This document shows positions 1 through 12,558 of a stretch of 26,073 nucleotides of DNA, piece by piece. The DNA is taken from positions 1-26,073 of the forward strand of contig NIVC01001578.1 of assembly GCA_002269645.1 (NCBI GenBank), given 5' to 3'. The notes beneath the pieces are model-generated. The model was not told where the DNA came from, made no database searches, and saw nothing but the letters and a program-made list of their open reading frames with translations. The DNA comes from Macrostomum lignano (lineage: Eukaryota). Position numbers and translations under genes: made by a program. Each line of letters starts with the position of its first letter. Within the stretch, counting starts at the first letter, position 1.

Positions 1-1304
<1,304 letters not shown>

Positions 1305-1857
1305 CAAGGTTGACTGCAAAGTCCGGCCGATTTTATTTTGACACAGAGTTGCTCCAAAACTTACACTCAAATGGTTGTGTGTACCCAAAAATCCCGCTTC
1401 ATTTTTGACAACTCCAAATCAATATCTGAACAGTTTCCCACTGCATACTGCAATCAATTTTGACTGCTACCTATATTAATACTCCTATATACGTCTTCTT
1501 ATGGTTGTGTATGTTTCAAGCACGTAAGCGCGTAGCAATTGCATGTTAACGATATAAAAGAAGTATACTCGTATTTTTTAAACAGCACACAGATAGATTT
1601 CTAGGTTAGGTTTTTATTAGGTATACTGAACAATGTATACAGGACACATATAGGACACAGAAAATGTATACAGGACACCCGTACCCCAGCATGCATGCAG
1701 GTGCTGCTTCATGTGCTTCATACAAGTAATACCATGACCAATCTAAGGACTTTAAAATGCGAGAGCCGAGAGGCAATCAATGAATTGAACAGCTGAAACG
1801 GGTCCGGATTTTTGTATTGGGGGATTCTTTGTCACAGAGGAATCATACGGAATCACA

Positions 1858-2917
1858 CAAGGACTTCTAGACTAACAGGACGTAAAACTCAAAGATCGTG
1901 CAATTTTTTGGAGGCCACGATTTCCTGGAAAAAATACACTGCGAAGATAGGAAAAAATCAGTTTTTCGTCACAAAATCTGTGATTGTATTTGATCTGGGG
2001 CAGTGAAGACTACCATTCTTTTAATTTAACATGCACAATATGTTACTCTATTATATTTTCATATAGCTGTGTAGTGAAGTTTTCATTTTCATGTTGTTTT
2101 CACTTTATTTCATAAGCCCAAAGTTGCAAACTCACAAGTGGCATTAGCCAAATATCAAATTCAAGAAAAGAAAAGCTATTCAAATTTGTAATATAATAAT
2201 ATTTTTAGCCTTTAAAATAAAAGTTATAAAAGGACTAATCAATGTTTTTTCTTATAGATACCTAGTAAAAATGGTTAGGGTCTATTTTTGTGATTAAGTC
2301 TATTCTTCTTAAATCTTAGTCCTAAATATAGCCATTATAGGCTTGGCTTAAAAACTGATAATACAGCTTTCTCAAGCCTAGGTAACCAACCATATGAAAC
2401 TATTTATTGGTAATCTATATATAATAAAAAAATCTAAATATACTAATCTCTAAGTCATTGTCTAAATTTAATTACTTATTAGGCTAGATAGTGTAGTGAT
2501 AGGTCTAGTTCTAGTAGGCCTAGGAATTAGTATAGTTACTAAACCTACAATAATAGCTTAAGACTAAGAGTACCTACATGCAATGTTTTTATACTTTATT
2601 TTAAAAAGAACAACACAAAAAGTTTGGCTAATGCCACTTGTGAGTTTGCAACTTTGGGCTTATGAAATAAAGTGAAAACAATATGAAAATGAAAACTTCA
2701 CTACACAGCTATATGAAAATATAATAGAGTAACATATTGTGCATGTTAAATTAAAAGAATGGTAGTCTTCACTGCCCCAGATCAAATACAGTCATAGATT
2801 TTGTGACGAAAAACTGATTTTTTCCTATCTTCGCAGTGTATTTTTTCTAGGAAATCGTGGCCTCCAAAAAATTGCACGATCTTTGAGTTTTACGTCCTGT
2901 TAGTCTAGAAGTCCTTG
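1858..2917. mobile_element. Non-autonomous foldback-type DNA transposon, P-superfamily-like (295-bp TIRs, 8-bp TSD)
   Basis: 1858-2152 is the reverse complement of 2623-2917 with 4 mismatches in a hand alignment. Termini are CAAGGACTTC...GAAGTCCTTG. GAATCACA is duplicated at 1850-1857 and 2918-2925. The 470-bp AT-rich spacer has no ORF. Superfamily is inferred from the CA...TG ends plus the 8-bp TSD. Confidence 0.88.
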
Positions 2918-4489
2918 GAATCACATACCCAGAATCATACTCGTACTGAAGAAGTTTGAGAAAATTAATAATTCTATTTTTCCAACCGTCAGTAAAAAAA
3001 CTAAAGCAAGCGTTAAATGTAAATTTCTAAATCTAAACACCGTACAAAAGTTAACGGTGTTTAGATTAACAAATCAAGACACATTTTTCACATGAAAGTA
3101 CTTTTTCGTTAAAAGTATTTTACTAAGCGTCAAAAAAGTGTTTTGTTATGCTCAAATATAAATAAATATATCTTAATGCACATCAACCTGTAATATAGGA
3201 GTGATTTTTAAAAAGCAACCCCTCATGCGACGAGCTCAATACTATAACTCTGAACTTAAAGGACTCTGAGGATTCCTCGATTTTGCATCACACTCTCTTT
3301 TTTCATTGAAAATTAATTGTTCGCTGAAGTTACTGTTTAGTACTTGTTAAGAATTTTACAACTGATCTCGACTATTTTAAGGTAATTAACTAAGAGTATA
3401 TTCTTATTTAGTCCATGTAACAAAATATTGGTCTTTTTCCAGTCTTATCTAATATCTCTATCACTTAAATATCAGAGTCAAATACAAAGTTAAACTAAAT
3501 GCTGTTACTACGCTTCATTTGAAATGATAACACTAACAGTGATATGCTACATTTATTGAGGCATTAAGAAGTGTGTATGATAAGGTAATCAGTTAGGCCT
3601 ACTGTTTTTTAAGGGAAATTTTAAGCAAGATAATTAATGAGCTAGAATAAAGTAGTTATAGCGCCAAAACTAATTACATACTCTTAAAATTAGCATACTC
3701 ATTTTCTAAGAAGAAGATTGGGCTATTTTATTTTGTTTTTTTACGTTGTTGCATTGATATTCTATTTTTTATAGATTCCTAAAATATGCTCTATCCTCTA
3801 CATACATTTAAAAAAATATCTATTTAATTTGGTAGGTATATGTATCATTATACATACTATTATATTAAGATATTTGGTTAATTTTATGTAGAAGTTCTTA
3901 CAAAAATCAAACAAGGGAAAAGCCCTTATGTGATTACTTGCATATCTACCTATCTACTTGCATAAAAATCCAATGGCTATATACAAAAATATATTATTTT
4001 ATTTTATTAGTCTACTATTATAAAGTTCTATCTACTTTTATATAATAAACTCTATATTATGTATGTTTTTGTTTGTAAGATATTAACTCTTAATATCAAT
4101 TTTTATTTCTAAAATTGTTGTTTTTAAACAAAAAATAATGCACAATTTTTAAGGATTGTGCCTAATCTAACTTATTTTAAGTTAATAGAATAGTTATGTA
4201 TTTATATAAATAATAAATTAAAGACAAGTTTATATATTATATTATTGTATTAATAATTCTTTTTGACTAAGCTTCTTACCTGCTTTTTTAGAAAATTCTA
4301 TAATGTTAAACCGTAAGTGACTGCATTTTTAAATCATTATGACATCAACATTATTTTATTATTGGTGACTTGAAATTGTTTTGTTTTTTTTCAATCTAAC
4401 TTGAGTTTCAGTTTTAAGTTTAAAGTTCTTTCTGTTGCTCAATTTTGTTTCAGTTTAATGATTTCTTTCAATTGTCCTGACTTATAAAA

Positions 4490-5231
4490 ATGAGAGCTGG
4501 TATTGTGAATAATTTTTTAGTGTTTATATTTTCTTTTTTTCTGCAGGCTTTCGCTGTCTGCAAGCTAGGCGCGTTGGTCTGGCTCCTTCAGCATCAAAAT
4601 CAATTGCCATTAAGCTGCCAGCCTTTGATGATGCTGCGAGCTCTGTAAGCACTACCACTGAGTCCTCTTCCAAAGCTGTGGCTGCTGCCAGCCCTGGCAA
4701 GACTGGTTTGAAATTAAAATCATCTGTGCCTCTGTCTAAAGCTGCAAACTTAGCCAAGCCTAAAGTTAAAAGTGCCGCAAATTCCAACCAGTCCAACTTC
4801 AAAGAGGCCGCTAATTCCAACCAGTCCAACTTCAAAGAGGCCACTGATTTTGCTGAGTCAAACTGCGAAGTTAACAATTCTATGCAGCCGGTCACTGCGC
4901 CAGTCGTTTCTAGCGAATCCGGTGGCATTAAAGTTGCAGACAAAGAAGCGGCTGAATCTGCAAAAGACAAAGTCGACTGCGATGCTTCAATTGAGGCAGC
5001 TAGCGAAAGCAGCAATTTGTCGCAGAGTTCGTTTGCATCGGTTAGTCGTTTCGAGTGGTAGCGAGCTTATTTATTTTTTAGCTGCAGTAATTTGAGTTGT
5101 CAGGAATAGCAGCTCCTCTTAGTAATCAGTAAAGGGACACTAGGACGGCCGCCCTGATATGTTAAAGCTTTGGCGCCAACCTCACGATCCTGTCTACGCC
5201 CCTGACTATATTTATTGTTTGGGAGATATGG

Positions 5232-5266
<35 letters not shown>

Positions 5267-5283
5267 AAGATAGATAGATAGAG

Positions 5284-5320
<37 letters not shown>

Positions 5321-7205
5321 CGAGTAGATGGCTGTTACGAGAGTCTGTATAAACTAAAAAAGTAGCAGATTTGTGCTCAGCATTGCTCGAAATTCAATAA
5401 GGGTTGAGTCAACTTGTCTCTACACATCTTGACTGTTTCAGGCGCAGCAAACTCCGGAGCCTGCTGCTGCTGCTGCTGCTACTGTTAGAATGAAAGAAAG
5501 TGCAATTGGCGCCGCCATCACCTCAAGCCAAAAATTCGATTCAATATTCGATTCGGCTATTAAAGCCGTGACTAGCAGCACTACAGAGCAGTTGTGCGAC
5601 AATTATTTGAAATCCAAGCCTGCTAGCAGCGCTGGCAAGCTGGCCTCATCAGGCTTGCTAAAGGGAAAGAATGCCAACAAGGGGATGAAGAAGGCCAGTT
5701 CCGCCAAGGAGGAGCCAAAGCAAAGCGTTAGCCGCAAGCGCAAGGCTTCATCACTCGATGCCTCCTCGGCTGCTGATTCGTCGCCGCCGCAGCCGCCAGT
5801 GAATTTCCAATTCGCCAGTGGCACGTGGATCGAGTGCAGCGACTGCAAGAAGTGGCGACACGAGCCAGACTGCGCCGAGCCCTGTCGCGTGCCGGACAAC
5901 TGGCGCTGCTCGGATTCGGCCGATCCGCGCCAGAACGACTGCGGCCTGCCCGAGCTGGCCGAGTATTTCTACGCCCAGGGCACGAACTTCGCCCTGTCCA
6001 ACAAGTACGTTGCCGGCAGTCTGGTCTGGGCCAGGGTGCAAGGCTACCCCTATTGGCCAGCCATTGTTGAAGTGGACAACGACTATGGCACATTCTTCGA
6101 ACTCGAAGCCGAATCTAACGATGTGGCCGCTTATCACGTGACCTTCTTGGGCCGGTCGGCCAGCCGGGCCTGGGTACCGGACGCTCGGATTCGGCCATTC
6201 GAAGGCGCGGAAGATCTGACCGGACTCTCGGCGCCGAAGCCGGGCAGCGCCGCCGAGCTCGAGCTTCGCCGTCTGGCTAACGAAGCCGCCAATGTTGTTG
6301 CTAAGCTGGACTTTCAGGCCAGGCTGGAACGATACGGCTATTTTGCTGGCGGCCGGGTCAAGCTCGTCAAGAAGAAACCAGCCGATGTCCGTGACTCTCG
6401 TTCTAGCGAGAAAAAGCGCAACAAGAAAAAGCTGAAGACTGCGGCAAAGGCTGACAAAACGGTCGATAATAATGGTAATGTACCATTGATTAAATTATGC
6501 GAGGAATATGCAATAGGGGTTGTAAATTTCATAGGCACTTATTATTCGAGTCTCCAGCGATTGAGACAGATCGAATCTCTGGATTGAATGAGATTTGGTG
6601 AGATTCAGAACTGGGACTGTCGGGATTCATAACAGGGACTGTCGGGATTCATAACTGGGACTGTCGGGATTCATAACAGGGACTGTCGGGATTCATAACT
6701 GGGACTGTCGGGATTCATAACTGGGACTGTCGGGATTCATAACTGGGACTGTCGGGATTCATAACTGGGACTGTCGGGATTCATAACTGGGACTGTCGGG
6801 ATTCATAACTGGGACTGTCAGGATTCATAACCGGTACTCGGGCGCAGTCCTGATAAAACCCAGATCAAGAATTGCAAAATCCTTTATTTTAAAGCCAAAT
6901 CAAAGAAGCCAAAGAAGAAGGCCAAGCAAAGCAAGCCAACAACCAAGACTGCTGCTGCTTCTGGCGAGTTGGATGACGTCTACACGGATGCCACTGCAGT
7001 CGACGATGTCACGGATCTCGACGCTGGAGACGAACAAGTTGATGTCGTCGAAGATGTCGACTTGATGGCTGCTCGTGACCGCTTTCGTCGCCGGGTCAGC
7101 CAGCTGTGCGAAATGCGCAGCTGCGGCGAGGGCGAGGGCGATGCCGGCGAGGCTCACGATGCTGCGGACGACGACGAGGAAAGCGCTGAAGAAGCCGAGG
7201 CTTAG
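4490..7205 (+). CDS. ZCWPW1: Zinc finger CW-type and PWWP domain protein, ZCWPW1-like; proposed join(4490..4499,4547..5040,5442..6474,6895..7205), about 615 aa; first exon tentative
   Basis: zf-CW motif WIECSDCKKWR..W.C..C..PE followed by PWWP motif GSLVWARVQGYPYWPAIVE..YHVTFLGRSASRAWV, resembling ZCWPW1 (YHVTFFGETVSRAWI). All proposed introns are GT-AG with compatible phases (1,0,1). Lys-rich and acidic C-terminus ends at TAG 7203-7205; AATAAA at 7386-7391. Confidence 0.85.
4774..4842 (+). repeat. In-frame 33-bp tandem duplication (AANSNQSNFKE x2) in the ZCWPW1-like exon
   Basis: GCCGCAAATTCCAACCAGTCCAACTTCAAAGAG is followed by a copy differing at one base. Confidence 0.9.
5232..5320. repeat. 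(AGAT)n microsatellite in an intron
   Basis: About 22 GATA units with a few variants. Confidence 0.97.
6611..6830. repeat. 22-bp minisatellite, 10 copies, intronic
   Basis: Unit CTGGGACTGTCGGGATTCATAA, nearly perfect copies. Confidence 0.96.
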
Positions 7206-7816
7206 GATTGATTCTTAATCTGTTGTTTTTAGTTCAAAGACCAACTTGTTTCTGTTTTAGTTTCTGCGTGTTTTCAGTTAAAAAGGCTGCATTTCTATTC
7301 GCCAAGTTGCGCAGTGTTGCAGTAAACGGAGGCATATTTTTCATATTTATCATTTATTCCAGCATTTGCCAGCCTCGTCTTTAATAATAAAACTATCGCC
7401 ATCGTTTTTATGCGAGTTTTATATCTATCTACTAAATATTATTCATCCAAGCCAAGTATTTAGCCTTAGCATTTATGGTATTTACAAGCTTCTGAGTTCA
7501 AAGTGTTGTTTGAGTTCCTTCTGTTGCCATGTTTTTCTACAGTTTTTTTATTAAATAATAGTTACAAATTCACTCAGTTATAAATTTATCAAATTCAGAC
7601 ACCTTTTGTCAAATCAAATCGCCGGCATGTTTTTTAAATAAAATACGAAATTAAAAATGCCTCTTATTGGCTGCCTAAACTATGAGTATTAAGTCGTTCT
7701 TTTTTCTCCCAGTCGCATTTTCTGCCTTTTTTACTTATCTTTCAGTTGATTAGGTAACATCATTGCACCTTTAGTAATTGCGTCTTTAGGGCGTCTGCTA
7801 CTACTGGCAGACCTGC

Positions 7817-8612
7817 ATGTTACTCAAGGTCATCCAGCGCTCTCAGGCCTTCCCCATCTATTACTCAAGGTCATTCCCCGCTCTCAGGCCTTCGCCATCT
7901 GCTACTCAAGGTCATCCACCGCTCTCAGGGCTTCCCTATCTGTTACTTAAGGTCATCCACCGCTCTCACGCCTTCCCCATCTGTTACTCAAGGCATCCAC
8001 CGCTCTCAGGCCTCCATCTGCTACTCAAGGTCATCCACCGCTCTCAGGCCTTCCCCATCTGTTACTCAAGGTCATCCACCGCTCTCAGGTCTTCCCTATC
8101 TGTTACTCAAGGCATCCACCGCTCTCAGGCCTCCATCTGCTACTCAAGGTCATCCACCGCTCTCAGGCCTTCCCCATCTATTACTCAAGGTCATTCCCCG
8201 CTCTCAGGCCTTCGCCATCTGCTACTCAAGGTCATCCACCGCTCTCAGGGCTTCCCTATCTGTTACTTAAGGTCATCCACCGCTCTCACGCCTTCCCCAT
8301 CTGTTACTCAAGGCATCCACCGCTCTCAGGCCTCCATCTGCTACTCAAGGTCATCCACCGCTCTCAGGCCTTCCCCATCTGTTACTCAAGGTCATCCACC
8401 GCTCTCAGGCCTTCCCTATCTGTTACTCAAGGCATCCACCGCTCTCAGGCCTCCATCTGCTACTCAAGGTCATCCACCGCTCTCAGGCCTTCCCTATTTG
8501 TTACTCGAGGTCATCCACCGCTCTCAGACCTTCTCCATCTGTTACTCGAGGTCATCCACCGCTCTCAGGCCTTTCCCATCTGTTTTTCAAGGTCATCCAT
8601 CGCTCTCAGGCC
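7817..8612. repeat. 41-bp minisatellite (about 20 monomers) with a 320-bp higher-order duplication
   Basis: Consensus ATCTGTTACTCAAGGTCATCCACCGCTCTCAGGCCTTCCCC with shorter deletion variants. Diagnostic variants recur at a 320-bp offset (7861 vs 8181). Confidence 0.95.
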
Positions 8613-8669
8613 TTTGTGAATGCAACGAAAGCATGTTCTCTATTCAAACTGATACTACAGCCTTCACTG

Positions 8670-10735
8670 ATGCATCTGCTGCTACCTGTGCGTCATCGAT
8701 TCTTGGCTGCCCTATCATCGCTACCATGGCGACGCCATCTGTGCAGCAGTATCTCGTCGAGATCAACAGCGACTACGACAGCCGATGACGATCTCGAGCA
8801 CTGGTTGGAGCACGCGCCTGCGCCAGGCGCTGAGCTCAGAGGCATTTTAACGGCCGCAAAGTACGGCGGCCAGCACCGCGTCTCCATGATTCCCGGCAGC
8901 GGCATCGGGCCGGAACTGATGGCCGTTGTGAAGCAAACACTGCTGGCCGCCCGGGCTCACGTTGACTTTGAAGAGCTGCAAACCTCTGCCGAGGGTGCCG
9001 TCACCCCTGAGGAAATGCGGCGCATTGTCATGTCGATTCAGCGCAATGGAGTAGCGCTTAAAGGCAATCTGGAATCGCTTGAAGGTGAGTTTTGGTTCGT
9101 GATCTGCGTCTGCCTGTCTGCCTGTCTGTCTCTGTCTGTCTTTCGATCTCGATGTCTTTTTGTCGTGTTGTCTGTCTGTTTTTTCTGTTAACCGCAAATT
9201 GAGGTTGAATTCAACAAATCGAATTGAATCATAAAATTTCAGCGAGCACGGACTTCATCAGCATCGGTGGTAAGTTGAATAATTTTCAAAATTTGCAGTT
9301 GATTTGCTAATTGCCTATGGTTGGCCATAATTTGTCTAGACCAAACTGCAACCCACCACTCGCACTGTTGGCAGGCGCCGCTGCTAAGAACGCCCAGTTG
9401 CGCGCCAAGCTCGGCCTGTTCGCCTACGTTCAGCGCTGCAAATCCATCGAGGGCCTGCCAACCCGTCATCGCGACATCGACATACTAGTAGTCCGGCAGA
9501 ACACCGAGGGAGAGTACAACCAGTTGGAGCACTTCAACGTTGACGGCGTGGTGGAAAGCTTAAAAGTGGTGACCGAAGCTCGCTGCCGCCAGATTGCCGA
9601 GTTCGCATTTCAGACTGCCATCAAGACGAGGCGGAAGAAGGTTGGCGTTCAGAATCTATTGGGTGTCAGTTTGTTAGGCGACTCAAACGACTGTAATGCG
9701 ACGGAAAAGCAACTGTTGAGTCACGAGCGCATCACGTGATTTGTAGAATTTGCAAAGCTTAACTGTCTACTAACTTAAGTAGGCTAAATAGAGTTGTTAT
9801 AAATGCGAAATGCAATTTTAATTCATCAAGTGACGCAGATGCGCTTTAGACGCAACTCAGTGAGTCTAAAGCGACTCTAGCATGCCTCAGATACGGCCCT
9901 AGAGGCGTTACAGGGTCGCAGACAATAGAAAAACGTCTCAAACTGGCTCGTAGGCGAATTTTTGGCGACTTGTACCGCGAAATCTCGTCGTTTTAGAGTC
10001 GTCTAGAGTCGATTCTTTCCTATTTTACCTGTGTTACCTACAAAGACTTTGCAGCGACTCTTAGGCGACATAATTGTCTCTTAAGACGCTTTCATGTGTC
10101 AGACTGATGATTAATGAAGAGAGGCAAATATGTGAATTTAGCTAAATGTGTATTTCTACACCACTGGCGTGTCTTATTGCTGTCTAATAAACTATAATTT
10201 CCCGCCACGCGCTCAGGTGACAGCGGTGCACAAGGCAAACATCATGAAACTCTCCGACGGCCTGTTCCTAGACGTTTGCCGCCAGGTTGCCCAGTCTTAT
10301 CCGGATATTGAGTTCAACGACATGATCGTTGACAACTGCTGCATGCAGCTGACCTCCCGGCCGCAGCAGTTCGACCTCATGCTGCTGCCCAATCTGTACG
10401 GCAACATTGTCGGCAACATCGCCGCCGGGCTTGTCGGCGGCGCCGGCGTCGCCTCAGGCATGAATGTCGGCAGTCGGTGCGCCGTGTTCGAATGCGGCGT
10501 CAGAGTCTCCGGACAGGCCATGCGCGGCCGAGACTTGGCCAATCCGTGCGGCCTGCTGCTGGCCTCGGCCGACATGCTGGAGTATCTGGGCGAGGCAGCC
10601 GACGCCAGGCGTGTTCGCATGGCCGTGCTGGCCGCTCTGGCTGGCGGGGTGCGAACTCGCGACCTTGGCGGTAGCGCCGGTACCAACGAAGTGACGGCTG
10701 CCATTGTCGACTGGCTGCAGCAAAACTCAGCTTGA
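8670..10735 (+). CDS. IDH3G: Mitochondrial NAD-dependent isocitrate dehydrogenase regulatory subunit, gamma-like; join(8670..9084,[9243..9269],9375..9640,10217..10735), 399-408 aa
   Basis: Motifs AKYGGQHRVSMIPGSGIGPELM, RNGVALKGN, RHRDIDILVVRQNTEGEY, KKVTAVHKANIMKLSDGLFL, MIVDNCCMQL..PQQFD..LPNLYGNI and ANP match IDH3 gamma. The N-terminus from ATG 8670 is Arg/Ser/Leu-rich and acid-free, like a targeting peptide. GT-AG junctions are phase-compatible. Confidence 0.9.
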
Positions 10736-11121
10736 ATATTTGTTATTGATGGGGTTTTACTGAGACGACTGCTTAGAGATTTTTTTATTACTCAGATTAC
10801 TTAAATCTTCCAATTGTTTTTCACCCCTGTCTACGATAACTCATAACTGTCTAAGAAGAATGAGTTTGAGTTCAGGACCGGTCTTTCTTGCTCTTGGCAG
10901 CTCTAATACTCATATCTAGGCATTTTTTATTACTGCACTGCGATAATCTGCCGTACACATTCTGTTTCTCAGGATTTTATTTATTTTTTATATTAGCCGT
11001 GAAGCATTCTAGAAAAACATCCTTTTGATTTTATTTGATATTTTTCATTTTAATAAAGAATTTATTTGACCCTATTTTTCTTTATTATACACGTCAATAA
11101 TATTTTAGATCATTATGATAG

Positions 11122-11402
11122 CAGGGGCGTCGCCACGGGGGGTGGCAGTGCAAATGCAATTGCTTTGTCCCCCACTACACCTTTGGGCCCCGTTATGGAA
11201 ATCAATTGTTTTTGTTTCAGCTCGCCTAATCTGAGGAATCCGGGAATTCTGGAAAAACCCCGGAAATTCCAGGAAACCTCCGGGAATTTTGGGGAAACCC
11301 CGGGGAATTCCAGTAAAACTCTAGGAATTCTGGGAAAGCCCCGGGAATTCCGTGAAAACCCTCAGAATTCTGACTCACACCTCGGGAAAACCGGGAATTC
11401 CT
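11122..11402. mobile_element. Possible end fragment of a non-autonomous DNA transposon with degenerate GGGAAWTCC-type subterminal repeats
   Basis: Begins CAGGGGCGTCGCCACGGGGGG, resembling hAT-like MITE ends. About 170 bp of GGGAATTC/GGAAACCCCGG motifs follow at 11235-11402. No matching opposite terminus was found. Confidence 0.35.
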
Positions 11403-12558
11403 AGTAAATTTTGACCATCAATTCAACTACTGTTGGAAGTACGAGTATTCTGCGTTCAACTTATTTTTTTTTTCAAGATTTTTCTTTGAAATAAAAAAAC
11501 TTTAGAAATGCTTTTCTACTTGAAATGACCTTGGCTTTAATTTTGAGCTGGGAATTCCGAATTATTTGATGCGGAAGTCTACATGTATGCCCAGATAGAT
11601 TTGCAGAAGAGAAAGCTAATGAAAAATAAGTGTCACAGAGCGATGGAGCCACCTTGTAGAATGGAATTAGATAGAGGTATGCGGGGACATCTAATCTACG
11701 CAAACTAAGTCTACTCTAAGCAGTGTGAGCTCAGTTGAACAGCTAAGCTGAAGGTGAGGATTGCAGTGGACCTAATGGCCAAACAGTACTCAGTCAATCA
11801 ATCAATAATTTCAAATCAGAATTTAAGCCAGTCATGTACTTCAGTGCTGATTAGGGCATCAAAGCGGCTTATCTAATGTAAGACTGTTCTGCATTAGCGC
11901 TATTGGAGAGTTTGCAGTCACATTTACGGCCAGAAGCTTGCAAATATAGGAATTTGATAATCTCGTCTCTCATGTAGTCTCGTCTTGCAAGAATTCCCTG
12001 CGAAATGCGATCTAAGTCCCAGCATCGGCTATGGCTACGAAATTGGCGGGTAAAAAAATATTGGCAGGTTGGTTCGGAGCCCCTTCTACTCGGAATGCCG
12101 ATTTCGAGAGAGCTGGTTTGGTGAGCCACAGTTTGCACGGGCTGTTTGGTGGCGGATTAGCTGATCCTCGCCTTTCAATTTTTCCCGATTTGTCTCTCGC
12201 TGTCCTCTAGCTAAACGGACCCAGCTTGCTCGCCTCATCTATGCTACCTTGAGGGGGGCAATCTGACAAGAGTGGGAGGCTGGAGTATGAAGTGATTGAT
12301 TTCTATTTTCTGAGTCTCGACAAGCCTATCAAGGGCTTACAAAGGCCAAAGCCTTCATAGTGGTGTTAATTTTGGCAGCATGCTACTCATCTAATCTCCA
12401 CTTCATCACAAAAACGTGTATAATTAGTCAACGAATGGGAATATCTGTGATATTCTTTTATAAATAATTCTTACTCGCGTCCAATGTCTGATTAAAGCCA
12501 AAGGAAAGAGGCGAGATTGCGCCTTACGGATATGCAAATGCAGATGATGACAGCCCGC

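Noticed and set aside
8616-8669. ORF-track start for IDH at 8616
   Set aside because: It is a GTG at the satellite edge; the first in-frame ATG is 8670, which starts a plausible targeting peptide.
7817-8788. 323-aa ORF
   Set aside because: It is the translation of the 41-bp minisatellite, whose consensus has no stop codon in any + frame; the repeat period is not a multiple of 3.
9842-9873. 10-bp stem hairpin in the IDH intron as an ncRNA or MITE
   Set aside because: No snoRNA boxes, TIR pair or TSD could be defined.
11473-12138. Two short minus-strand ORFs
   Set aside because: No recognisable motifs, splice context or codon bias; they could not be supported as a gene or TE relic.
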